Source: Pseudomonadota bacterium
Lineage (GTDB): Bacteria > Pseudomonadota > Gammaproteobacteria > Burkholderiales > Rhodocyclaceae
NCBI GenBank assembly: GCA_022705165.1
Contig: JAKJEY010000001.1
Span: 26,012-81,179, forward strand
Reading direction: 5' to 3'
DNA length: 55,168 bases
In this document: positions 35,520 through 43,725 of the stretch, in pieces
Layout of the letters: every line of letters starts with the position of its first letter
Numbering within the stretch: position 1 is the stretch's first letter
The notes under the pieces: model-generated
Seen by the model: the letters and a program-made list of their open reading frames with translations, nothing else
The model's database searches: none
Told to the model about the DNA's origin: nothing
Translations under genes and position numbers: made by a program

Positions 35520-35927
35520 TCAGCTGCTCTTGCGGGCGTCCTTGAGGCGGGCGGCGAAACGCTTGTCGAAATCGGTGATGTGCTGCTCGAACCAGTAATC
35601 GAGATAGCGCAGGAAGGTGTGGCGATCGAGCTTGCCGCCCTCCAGTTCGCTGACAGCCTTGTCGAGCAGGCGAAGGTTGCGGGCATGCTCCTGGCCGTGG
35701 ACAAGGAACTCGATATCCGCCGCTTTCGCCAGTTGCTCCTCGGTCGCGAAATGATTCGCCAGGAAAGCGAGCAACTCGCGGACATCGGTCGCCGGCAGGG
35801 TGTTCGATTCGAAAGCCAGTTTCTTGAGGCGGTCGATACGGCTGAAGATGCCGTCATGCTGGGCATCGAGCTCGGCCTCTCCGGTCATCAGCGCTGCTGG
35901 CAGAAAGCCGGTCAGTTTGCCGGTCAT
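35520..35927 (-). CDS. Single-domain bacteriohemerythrin
   Basis: All di-iron ligand motifs present: QH, HFATEE, HGQEH and HITDFD; Shine-Dalgarno GGGAG. Confidence 0.9.
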   Translation of the reverse strand: MTGKLTGFLPAALMTGEAELDAQHDGIFSRIDRLKKLAFESNTLPATDVRELLAFLANHFATEEQLAKAADIEFLVHGQEHARNLRLLDKAVSELEGGKLDRHTFLRYLDYWFEQHITDFDKRFAARLKDARKSS

Positions 35928-36034
35928 CGCGTCTCCCTGTGGTTTTCCGCCAACACTGTAGCGAAGGCGACTTCCGGTAAATCCCGGATATATATTTCAT
36001 TGTCAGCGAACGACAGAAAAAGTTCGAGGTATTT

Positions 36035-37471
36035 TTAGGAAAAATGCCCGTGCAGGAACCAGCCCTCATGGCATCTGTAGACCCAAAGCCACTCATGGCG
36101 TGAGGAAAGCGCGACGAAATAATCGCGCCGCACGTCGCCGACGGCCTCCGCTTCCCCGGCATCCCACCAACCACTTTCGATGCGCTCGGGGCCGGCGAGC
36201 AGGGTCAGCGGGCCGTCGCGCTGCGGCCGGCCACCGACCTCGGAGAGCGGCTGCGGGCGCGGCAGCAGCCAGCAGGGGCGCGGACCGGGAAAGACAGCGG
36301 CGCTGCCAAGGCCCGGGGCAACGCTGACCGAGGCGCGCTCGGGGCGATGCTCGGGGCGGGCCGCGACGGCATGGACGCTGGCTTCGCCGAGCCGGGCCTG
36401 CAGACGCTCGACAAGCAGCATGACGCCCTCGCCGGCCGCCGTTTCGCCGAAGAGTCCGCCTTCACGGCCGGGCAGTGGCTCGGGGGTCCCGGCGAGCAGC
36501 ACGAGGGTTTCGACAGGGGCCGCGAGCGACAGGCGATCGAGCCGCTCGCGCAGCACGCGCCCGATGCGCTCAGGGTCGCGCGTCGGGGCCGTGAAGACCA
36601 GTTCGAGCGGGGTCGCGCAGGTGCGTTCATGTTCGAGTTGCAGCCGGCAGGCGACGATGCCGCTGCCACGCGCAGCAAGCCATCCGCACAGTACCTGGAC
36701 GAGACGCAGCGCCGCGAAGAAGAGACGTCCGGCATCCTCGACGCGGGCCGGGAGTTCGAGCGACTCGCGGAAGGTTTCGGGGAAGCGGAAGCGCTCGCGC
36801 AGGTCGGGTAGTTCGCCGAGCGCCTGCGCCAGGGCACTGGCGAAGTCGACGCCAAGACGGCGGGCGAGACCGCTACGCGGCAAGCGCAGGATGTCGCCGA
36901 GACAGCGCACGCCGAAGCCGTTCAGTTGCCGTTCCCGCGCGGGTTCGAGTTCGAGCACCTCGAGCGGCAGCCCGGCCAGGGCATCGCGGAGACCGGCCGG
37001 GGACAGGCAGCGCGGCACCTCGGTACAGCCCGCCTCGCCCGCCGCCGCCAGCCACAGGGCGGCACGCGGCGTCGGCGCCAGGGCAGCGCGGGCGGCATGC
37101 CCCTGCCCGGCGATGCCATGCAGGAGGCGCGCCAGCAGCGCATCCAGGCCGCCGAAGAGACGCAGCGAGCCGGCCACCTCGAGCAGCAGCGCATCGGGCT
37201 GTGCCAGCGAGACTTCGGAGGTAAAGCCGCCGGCCCAGCAGGCGAGCGTTTCGAGGCGGCGCCTTTCACGTTCGGCATCGCGTTCCTGCACCACGAGTTC
37301 GGGTAGCAGCGCCCAGGCATCCGCCAGCCGCATGCCGGGCAAAACACCCCCCGCTACCGCAAGCGGATCGCAGGCGACGATGCGTTCGCGGGCAATGGTG
37401 GCGCTAGGCGACGGCTGTTGCGGGAAGACTTCGAGCGGCAGCAGCGGAAGGCGGAGGGCCAGCCACAGCAT
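36035..37471 (-). CDS. imuB: Y-family polymerase-like ImuB
   Basis: MLWLAL start; LLEVAGSLRLFGG; GPERIESGWWD; RDYF; WFLHG.F. Confidence 0.95.
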   Translation of the reverse strand: MLWLALRLPLLPLEVFPQQPSPSATIARERIVACDPLAVAGGVLPGMRLADAWALLPELVVQERDAERERRRLETLACWAGGFTSEVSLAQPDALLLEVAGSLRLFGGLDALLARLLHGIAGQGHAARAALAPTPRAALWLAAAGEAGCTEVPRCLSPAGLRDALAGLPLEVLELEPARERQLNGFGVRCLGDILRLPRSGLARRLGVDFASALAQALGELPDLRERFRFPETFRESLELPARVEDAGRLFFAALRLVQVLCGWLAARGSGIVACRLQLEHERTCATPLELVFTAPTRDPERIGRVLRERLDRLSLAAPVETLVLLAGTPEPLPGREGGLFGETAAGEGVMLLVERLQARLGEASVHAVAARPEHRPERASVSVAPGLGSAAVFPGPRPCWLLPRPQPLSEVGGRPQRDGPLTLLAGPERIESGWWDAGEAEAVGDVRRDYFVALSSRHEWLWVYRCHEGWFLHGHFS

Positions 37472-38126
37472 GGGGCGAAGGCGCGGGACGCGCCATGTCG
37501 AGTTCGAGCGGTGATTCGAGGGCCCCGCCACGGCGCTTGATCAGGCGCAGCGTCAGGCGGCCGGGATCGTTGGCTGCGGTGACGCCGATGCGCAACGGTG
37601 CCGGCGAGGATTCGCGCGCCGCTGCTGCCGGTCGGAAAAGAAAGATCAGCGTGCGACTTTTCTCGGCCAGCAGTTGCAGGCGACGCAGGGTGCCGGCATC
37701 CGATTCCGGCAGCCAGGCAACCAGCGCACCGACGCCTTCGGCATCAAGTGCGCGGGCACAGGCCCAGGCCGCATCGCCGCCGACGGCGCGGGTGACGAGC
37801 AGGCGCGAGAGCGCCACCCCGGCAGCCGCCCAGGCCGGGGCATAGGGTGGCAGCGGCGGTGCGACGCAGACGACCCAGGAGAGCTCGTTGGCGGAAACGT
37901 GAGCCAGGGCCGGCATGAGCAGGCTGAGTTCGCCAATGCCCTGCCGTGCGGGCAGGAGTTCGACGAGGCCGCCGCGCGGCCAGCCGCCGCCGGGCAGTTC
38001 GGCATCGAGCGCCGCGAAGCCGGAAGGCACGCCGGGCAGCGCGGCCCGCGCGAGGCTGTCGCCACGCCAGACGTCACTGCGCGAGAGTACCCCGGCGAGT
38101 GCCGGGGCACCGGACAAGGCGGACAT
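37404..38126 (-). CDS. imuA: Translesion synthesis protein ImuA
   Basis: SGFAALDAELPGGGWPRG, GIGELSLLMPAL, LRRLQL and SPAPLR motifs. Confidence 0.95.
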   Translation of the reverse strand: MSALSGAPALAGVLSRSDVWRGDSLARAALPGVPSGFAALDAELPGGGWPRGGLVELLPARQGIGELSLLMPALAHVSANELSWVVCVAPPLPPYAPAWAAAGVALSRLLVTRAVGGDAAWACARALDAEGVGALVAWLPESDAGTLRRLQLLAEKSRTLIFLFRPAAAARESSPAPLRIGVTAANDPGRLTLRLIKRRGGALESPLELDMARPAPSPHAVAGPPPSAAAARSLPATAVA

Positions 38127-38731
38127 CAGAGCCCCTCGCCGCCCCGGATGAGACCGACGGCGATGCCTTCGATGGCGACTTCTTCCTTGCGTGTGTCGAC
38201 GATGATCGGCTCGAAGTCGGGGTTCTCGGCCACCAGTTCGACGACCGGGCCGTGGCGGCGCAGGCGCTTGACCGTGACCTCCTCCTGCAGGCGGGCGACG
38301 ACGATCTGACCGTCGCGCGCTTCCGGCGTACGGTGCACGGCGAGCAGGTCGCCGTCGAAGATGCCGGCATTGATCATCGAGAGGCCGCGCACGCGCAGCA
38401 GGAAATCAGCCTTGGGCGAGAACAGGTGGGCATCGAGCGCATAGCGGCCGAGCACGTTTTCCACCGCGAGGATCGGGCTGCCGGCCGCCACCGAACCGAT
38501 CAGCGGCAGGCCGAGCTGCTCGACGAGGCGGATGCCGCGCGCGGAGCCGGGTTCGAGTACGATGCTGCCCTTCTTGGCGAGCGCCTTGAGGTGCTCCTCG
38601 GCGGCGTTCGGCGAGGCAAAGCCGAAGGCCGAGGAAATCTCGGCGCGCGTCGGCGGCGCCCCGAGCACTTCCAGGGTGTTGCGGATGAAATCGAGGATTT
38701 CCTGCTGTCTGGGGGTAAGCTTCGTCGTCAT
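38126..38731 (-). CDS. lexA: SOS repressor LexA
   Basis: PPTRAEI...[14 protein letters not shown] helix-turn-helix; VAAG cleavage site; G.SM and TVKR catalytic motifs. Confidence 0.98.
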   Translation of the reverse strand: MTTKLTPRQQEILDFIRNTLEVLGAPPTRAEISSAFGFASPNAAEEHLKALAKKGSIVLEPGSARGIRLVEQLGLPLIGSVAAGSPILAVENVLGRYALDAHLFSPKADFLLRVRGLSMINAGIFDGDLLAVHRTPEARDGQIVVARLQEEVTVKRLRRHGPVVELVAENPDFEPIIVDTRKEEVAIEGIAVGLIRGGEGL

Positions 38732-38750
38732 GGCCGTACGCTCCGCAAAA

Positions 38751-38783
38751 CTGGAAATAAATACATACTGTATTCTTATACAG
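38751..38783. promoter_or_regulatory. LexA boxes upstream of lexA
   Basis: CTGTATTCTTATACAG (38768-38783, consensus) and an adjacent degenerate CTGGAAATAAATACAT (38751-38766). Confidence 0.88.
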
Positions 38784-38824
38784 CACAGAACAAAAAAGCA
38801 AGCTCCCCGACAAAATCAATCGAA

Positions 38825-39730
38825 ATGAATTCACGCACTCCGCCCGGTCTGCCGGCCTTCGCGCTGATGATCCTGCTCTGCGCGATCTGGGGCTTCCAGC
38901 AGATCACGATCAAGATCGCCATGGCCGGCGTCAGCCCGGTCATGCAGTCCGGCCTTCGTTCGCTGGTCGGACTGGCGCTGCTGACGCTGTGGGCACTCTG
39001 GCGCGGGCAATCGCTGTTGAAACACGACGGCACCCTGCGCATGGGCCTGCTCGCCGGCTTCCTGTTCGCGCTGGAGTTCGTCTTCATCTACGTCGGGCTG
39101 GCGCACACCACGGCCTCGCGGATGATCGTCTTCCTCTACACGGCACCGTGCATGACGGTGCTCGGCCTGCACTGGTGCGTGCCCGGAGAACGGCTGGGGC
39201 CGCGGCACTTCGCCGGCATCGGGCTGGCCTTCGCCGGCATGGCGGTGGGCTTCCTCGGCGGCAGTGGTACCGAGCAGAGCACCTGGCTGGGCGACCTGCT
39301 CGGCCTCCTCGGTGCCGCCGGCTGGGCGGCGACGACCGTGCTGATCCGCGCCAGCGCACTCTCGAAGATCAGCGCCACCAAGGTGCTGTGGTACCAGCTC
39401 GCCGTCTCGGCCATCGTCATGCTGCCGCTCTCGCCCCTGATGGGCGAAGCCGGCATCGTGTCGTTCGCAGCGCTGACGCCGCCGGTGCTGCTGGCGCTGG
39501 CCTATCAGGGCATCATCGTCGCCTTCGCCAGCTATCTCGCGTGGTTCTGGCTGCTGCAGCGCTACGTGGTCGGCCGGATGATGGTGTTTTCGTTCCTGAC
39601 GCCGATCTTCGGGGTGCTGTTCGGGGTACTGTTCCTCGGCGATCCGCTGACGCCGAGTTTCCTGTTCGCGGCGGCCTGCGTGGCGGCAGGAATCCTGCTG
39701 GTCAACATGCCGCAGAAGGAGAAATCATGA
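38825..39730 (+). CDS. DMT/EamA family transporter
   Basis: 10-TM pattern; IWG.QQ, TTASR..VFLYTAP and FSFLTP.FGV motifs. Confidence 0.9.
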   Translation: MNSRTPPGLPAFALMILLCAIWGFQQITIKIAMAGVSPVMQSGLRSLVGLALLTLWALWRGQSLLKHDGTLRMGLLAGFLFALEFVFIYVGLAHTTASRMIVFLYTAPCMTVLGLHWCVPGERLGPRHFAGIGLAFAGMAVGFLGGSGTEQSTWLGDLLGLLGAAGWAATTVLIRASALSKISATKVLWYQLAVSAIVMLPLSPLMGEAGIVSFAALTPPVLLALAYQGIIVAFASYLAWFWLLQRYVVGRMMVFSFLTPIFGVLFGVLFLGDPLTPSFLFAAACVAAGILLVNMPQKEKS

Positions 39731-40197
39731 AGATCGACTGGCGTGCCTTGTTGCTGGCACCGGTATTCATCCCGACCCTCTACTGCCTCGCCTTCGTGAT
39801 GTCGGCCTCGGGCGGCGACTGGCTCATGGATTTCCTGATCATCTTCGCCATCGGCTGCGTCGTTTCCTACGGCGCCACGCTGCTGCTCCTGCTGCCGGTC
39901 CTGCTCGTCGCCGCAAGGATCTTCACGCTGAACATGCCCCGCGTCTGCATGCTCGGTGCCGCGCTCGGCGGCCTCACCTACCTGCCGCTCGGCTGGCTCA
40001 TGTACCGTACCAGCGGCCCGGATTCAGGCCCGCCGACGGCCACTTTCATCGACCAGATCCTGGCGCAACTCGCGGACCCGTTGACGCTCTCGTTCCCGGT
40101 CGCCGGCCTCGTGACCGCGGCACTCTACTGGGTGTTTGCGGGCCGTCAGGCCGGGGATGACGGGGCATCGTCCGGCGACGGCACGTCGATGCCGTAA
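39727..40197 (+). CDS. Hypothetical 4-TM membrane protein
   Basis: ATGA overlap with the upstream gene; hydrophobic helices; SGPDSGPP loop. Confidence 0.7.
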   Translation: MKIDWRALLLAPVFIPTLYCLAFVMSASGGDWLMDFLIIFAIGCVVSYGATLLLLLPVLLVAARIFTLNMPRVCMLGAALGGLTYLPLGWLMYRTSGPDSGPPTATFIDQILAQLADPLTLSFPVAGLVTAALYWVFAGRQAGDDGASSGDGTSMP

Positions 40198-40556
40198 AGC
40201 TTGCGCAGGCGGATGCACTCCGGGTTCATCGAGCCGTCTTCCATGAACACCGGAAATTCGCGACAGACCGAGGGACGATTTTCGTAGATGCCGCAGCGGC
40301 CGTCGTCCAGTTGTGAAATGCAGCGGCCGTTGCCGTGTTCGGTGCCCTTCATGGCGACGCGGAACGGCGTCACCGGGACTGTCAGCGCCGCCGGCACCAC
40401 GCCGCCCGGCTGCGTATCGAGTTCGCCCTGATAGAACGAGACGCGGAAATGGCGGCAGCAGCAGCCGCAACCGAAGCACGGGTTGTCGGTTTCCGCCATG
40501 TCGAAGAAGACGCGGCCGTCCTCGGTCCGGATCGCGATCTGAGAGGGTTTGCTCAT
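40146..40556 (-). CDS. YkgJ/CxxCxxCC family cysteine-cluster protein
   Basis: CFGCGCCC...C......C.IYENRPSVCREF...C pattern. Confidence 0.88.
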   Translation of the reverse strand: MSKPSQIAIRTEDGRVFFDMAETDNPCFGCGCCCRHFRVSFYQGELDTQPGGVVPAALTVPVTPFRVAMKGTEHGNGRCISQLDDGRCGIYENRPSVCREFPVFMEDGSMNPECIRLRKLYGIDVPSPDDAPSSPA

Positions 40557-40560
40557 TACC

Positions 40561-42735
40561 CTACCTCGCCGCAGCCCGCTCGCGGCGCCGGTAACCGCGC
40601 ACCGCCGGGACCACCAGCGCAACGATGGCGAGCAGGACGGCCAGCAGCGGCCACAGCACCGGGCTGTTCCACGCACGCCGTGCCGCCTCGCGCCCGGCGA
40701 CATCGATGCGCTGGTACTTGAGTCCGTTGTGGCCGACGTCGCTCGGCTTGCGGTTCTTCAGCCAGGCGTGGGCCAGTGCGTAGGTCTTCGGGTGGAAGCC
40801 GTACACCCACGGCGCCTCGTCATGCAGGATGCGGTTCATGCGGCTGATGATGGCGAGGCGTTGCGAGCTGTTCTCCATGTTCTTCATCTCGGCAAAGAGA
40901 CGATCGAACTCGGCGTTGCGGAAGTTCGAGGCGTTTTCGCCACCTTTCTCCACCTTGCCCTCGGCGCCGTTCAACAGGAACATGAAATTCTCGGGGTCAG
41001 GGTAGTCGGCATTCCAGCCGAGGTAGTAGAGCTGGACGGCCCCCTTGCGGATCTTTTCCTGGAAGCGGTTGAAGTCGGTGGAGCGCACGACGAGCTGGAT
41101 GTCGATCTGCGCGAACTGGCGCGTCAGCCAGTCGAGGCGGGCCTTGTCGCCCATGCCGCCGCCGGTGGTGTCGAGGTTGAGGACCAGCGGCTCGCCGGTC
41201 TTCGCATTGCGGCCGTTCGGCCAACCGGCTTCGGCCAGCAGCTTCTTCGCCTCGGCAATACTGCGCCGTCGCGGGGCGCCGTCGTGCCACTCATAGACGA
41301 CCCTGTTGATCCCCGCCTCGCCCTCGACATAGCCGAAGATGCCAGGGGGCAGCGGCCCCTGTGCCGGTATGCCGCGGCCATTCATGAAGATCGAGATGAA
41401 CTCTTCCTGGTCGAGCGCAATCGAGACGGCCTGCCGCAATTTCTTCGCCTCGCCGCCGACGACGGCATCGAGCATGTTGAAGCCCATGTAGAAGGTCGAG
41501 GAACGCACGCTGGTCACCAGCCGGATGCCCTTCTGCTGCATCTCGTCGGTGAGTGCGACATCGCCGCCGACATTGATGCGGACCGCCTGGTCAAAGCTGT
41601 CGGAACTGATGCCGGAGGCGTCGTACCAGCCCTGCAGGAACTTGTTCCAGTACGGAATCGCCTCCTTCTCGCGCGAGAAGACGGCACGCTCGATGAAAGG
41701 CAGCGTCTTGCCGCAGTCCTCCAGCAGGCCGGCCTCGCGGTCGGCAGCCTCGCCCTCGCAGGGATAGGTCTCGCCGCGGAAATTCGGGTTCCGTGCCAGC
41801 ACCATGCGGCTGTTGGGGTTGTTCTCGACCAGCATGTAGGGACCGGTGCCGACCGGATACCAGTCAAGCGTCAGGTTCTTTTCGGCCATGCCCGGCTGGT
41901 TGTAGAAGCGGTCGACCTCGCGCGGTACCGGCGCGAAGAAGGGCATCGCCAGCCAGTAGAGGAACTGCGGGTACTTGCCCTTGAGGCGGACGCGGTAGGT
42001 GAGATCGTCCACCTTCTCGACACCGGAAAGGGGGTACTTATCGAGATCCAGCCACTCGTCTCGTCCCATGCCCTTGGCGGCCTGCTGCAGCGCCTTGCCA
42101 AGCTCCCCGAGGCCGACGATGTGCTCGGCCATCATGCCGAAGATCGGCGAATGCAGGCGCGGATGGGCGAGACGCTTGATCTCGTAGATGTAGTCGTCGG
42201 CACGCAGCTCGCGGCTGCCGGTTTCCCTGAAATCGGCAATGCGCTCGATGCCCTTCAGTTTTTCGCGATCAAGATCTGCGTAGCGCGGCGCACCGTTCGC
42301 GTCGACGGCAAACGCCGGATGCGGCTGGTAGCGGATGCCAGGCTGCAGGCGGATTTCGTACACGCTCTCGGCGATCTTCTCGACCGGTGCGTCGGCCGGC
42401 AGCAGTTTCCCCGTCTTGTCGAAGAACCGCGGCTCCGGCACCTGCGTCGTCGTCAGCGGGACCAGCGTGTAGGGGCGCCTGAGGTAGTGATACTGCAGCG
42501 GCGGCTCATAGACCTGTGCCGTGAAGGTAATCTCGTCTTCGGTATAGGACTGCACCGGATCGAGGTGCTTGGGGCGCTCTGTGAACGCCGAGTAGAGGAT
42601 ATTCTGTCCGCGTTCGGCCGACGGATACGGATCGTTCCAGACCTCGCCGCAAGCCACCAGCAGGAGGGCTGCAAGCGGCACGAGCGCGCGGGAGGCTGTA
42701 CGGGAAAAAAAGCGGGAAAAAGGCTGAAGCGGCAT
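40561..42735 (-). CDS. Family 5 (peptide-type) ABC substrate-binding lipoprotein with a C-terminal TM helix
   Basis: Lipobox LVAC; PKHLDP, PVGTGPY and GWNADYPDPENF motifs; hydrophobic C-terminus. Confidence 0.9.
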   Translation of the reverse strand: MPLQPFSRFFSRTASRALVPLAALLLVACGEVWNDPYPSAERGQNILYSAFTERPKHLDPVQSYTEDEITFTAQVYEPPLQYHYLRRPYTLVPLTTTQVPEPRFFDKTGKLLPADAPVEKIAESVYEIRLQPGIRYQPHPAFAVDANGAPRYADLDREKLKGIERIADFRETGSRELRADDYIYEIKRLAHPRLHSPIFGMMAEHIVGLGELGKALQQAAKGMGRDEWLDLDKYPLSGVEKVDDLTYRVRLKGKYPQFLYWLAMPFFAPVPREVDRFYNQPGMAEKNLTLDWYPVGTGPYMLVENNPNSRMVLARNPNFRGETYPCEGEAADREAGLLEDCGKTLPFIERAVFSREKEAIPYWNKFLQGWYDASGISSDSFDQAVRINVGGDVALTDEMQQKGIRLVTSVRSSTFYMGFNMLDAVVGGEAKKLRQAVSIALDQEEFISIFMNGRGIPAQGPLPPGIFGYVEGEAGINRVVYEWHDGAPRRRSIAEAKKLLAEAGWPNGRNAKTGEPLVLNLDTTGGGMGDKARLDWLTRQFAQIDIQLVVRSTDFNRFQEKIRKGAVQLYYLGWNADYPDPENFMFLLNGAEGKVEKGGENASNFRNAEFDRLFAEMKNMENSSQRLAIISRMNRILHDEAPWVYGFHPKTYALAHAWLKNRKPSDVGHNGLKYQRIDVAGREAARRAWNSPVLWPLLAVLLAIVALVVPAVRGYRRRERAAAR

Positions 42736-42848
42736 GGCGGCGAGTGTAGCGGATGACCGGCGTTGCGTCATCCGGCAAGGCCCGGCACAGGATGCATTTC
42801 CGCTATAATGCGCGGCAATCAGAACAGAGAGCAGAACAGGGAGCACTC

Positions 42849-43649
42849 ATGGGATTCCTCGCAGAGAAGCGCATCCTCATCACCGGCGTTTTGTCGAAGC
42901 ATTCGATTGCCTACGGCATCGCCAAGGCCTGCCACCGCGAAGGTGCAAAACTGGCCTTTACCTACCAGAACGAGCGCTTCAAGGACCGCGTCGCCAAGTT
43001 CGCCACCGAATTCGGCAGCGATCTGCTGTTCCAGTGCGACGTCGCCGAAGACGCGCAAATCGAGCAGTTGTTCGTCGACCTCGGCAAGCACTGGGAAGGA
43101 CTGGACGGCCTCGTCCATTCGATCGCCTACGCCCCGGCCGAAGCCATCGAGGGCGATTTCCTCGAAGGCATCACCCGTGACGCCTTCCGCATCGCGCACG
43201 ACGTCTCGTCCTACAGCTATCCGGCGCTGGCCAAGGCCGCCCGCCCGCTGCTGCTGAAGGGCAACAATGCCGCCCTGCTCGCCCTTTCCTATCTGGGTGC
43301 CGAGCGTACGATGCCGAACTACAACACGATGGGACTGGCCAAGGCCAGCCTCGAAGCGGCAACGCGCTATCTGGCCTTCTGCCTTGGCCCTCAGGGTGTT
43401 CGCGCCAACGCCATCTCGGCCGGCCCGATCAAGACGCTGGCGGCCTCCGGCATCGGCAACTTCGGCAAGCTGCTCGCGTACAACTCGCACCACGCGCCGC
43501 TGCGCCGCAACGTGACCATCGACGAAGTCGGCAATGCCGCGGCTTTCATGCTCTCGGATCTCGCCAGCGGCATCACCGGCGAGATCATGTACGTCGACGG
43601 CGGCCTGAACACCACGGCGCTCGGCAACGCCGATCCGATGCCGGCCTGA
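42849..43649 (+). CDS. fabI: Enoyl-ACP reductase FabI
   Basis: [18 protein letters not shown] and [10 protein letters not shown] motifs; upstream TATAAT at 42804. Confidence 0.98.
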   Translation: MGFLAEKRILITGVLSKHSIAYGIAKACHREGAKLAFTYQNERFKDRVAKFATEFGSDLLFQCDVAEDAQIEQLFVDLGKHWEGLDGLVHSIAYAPAEAIEGDFLEGITRDAFRIAHDVSSYSYPALAKAARPLLLKGNNAALLALSYLGAERTMPNYNTMGLAKASLEAATRYLAFCLGPQGVRANAISAGPIKTLAASGIGNFGKLLAYNSHHAPLRRNVTIDEVGNAAAFMLSDLASGITGEIMYVDGGLNTTALGNADPMPA

Positions 43650-43668
43650 TTTCCGCCGCATCCAAAGC

Positions 43669-43702
43669 AAAACGCCGACCGGGATGCCCGGTCGGCGTTT
43701 TT
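43669..43702. terminator. Bidirectional terminator (fabI/ppiD)
   Basis: AAAACGCCGACCGGG-ATG-CCCGGTCGGCGTTTT. Confidence 0.9.
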
Positions 43703-43725
43703 ATTTGTGCTGAACTTGGTGAAGC

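Noticed and set aside
33166-35598. 810-aa plus-strand ORF
   Set aside because: Antisense shadow of dnaE2.
35985-36000. CGGATATATATTTCAT as an SOS box for the hemerythrin
   Set aside because: Both conserved end triplets (CTG and CAG) are mismatched.
37946-38824. Long upstream extension of the EamA ORF
   Set aside because: Runs antisense through lexA; the membrane domain starts at ATG 38825.
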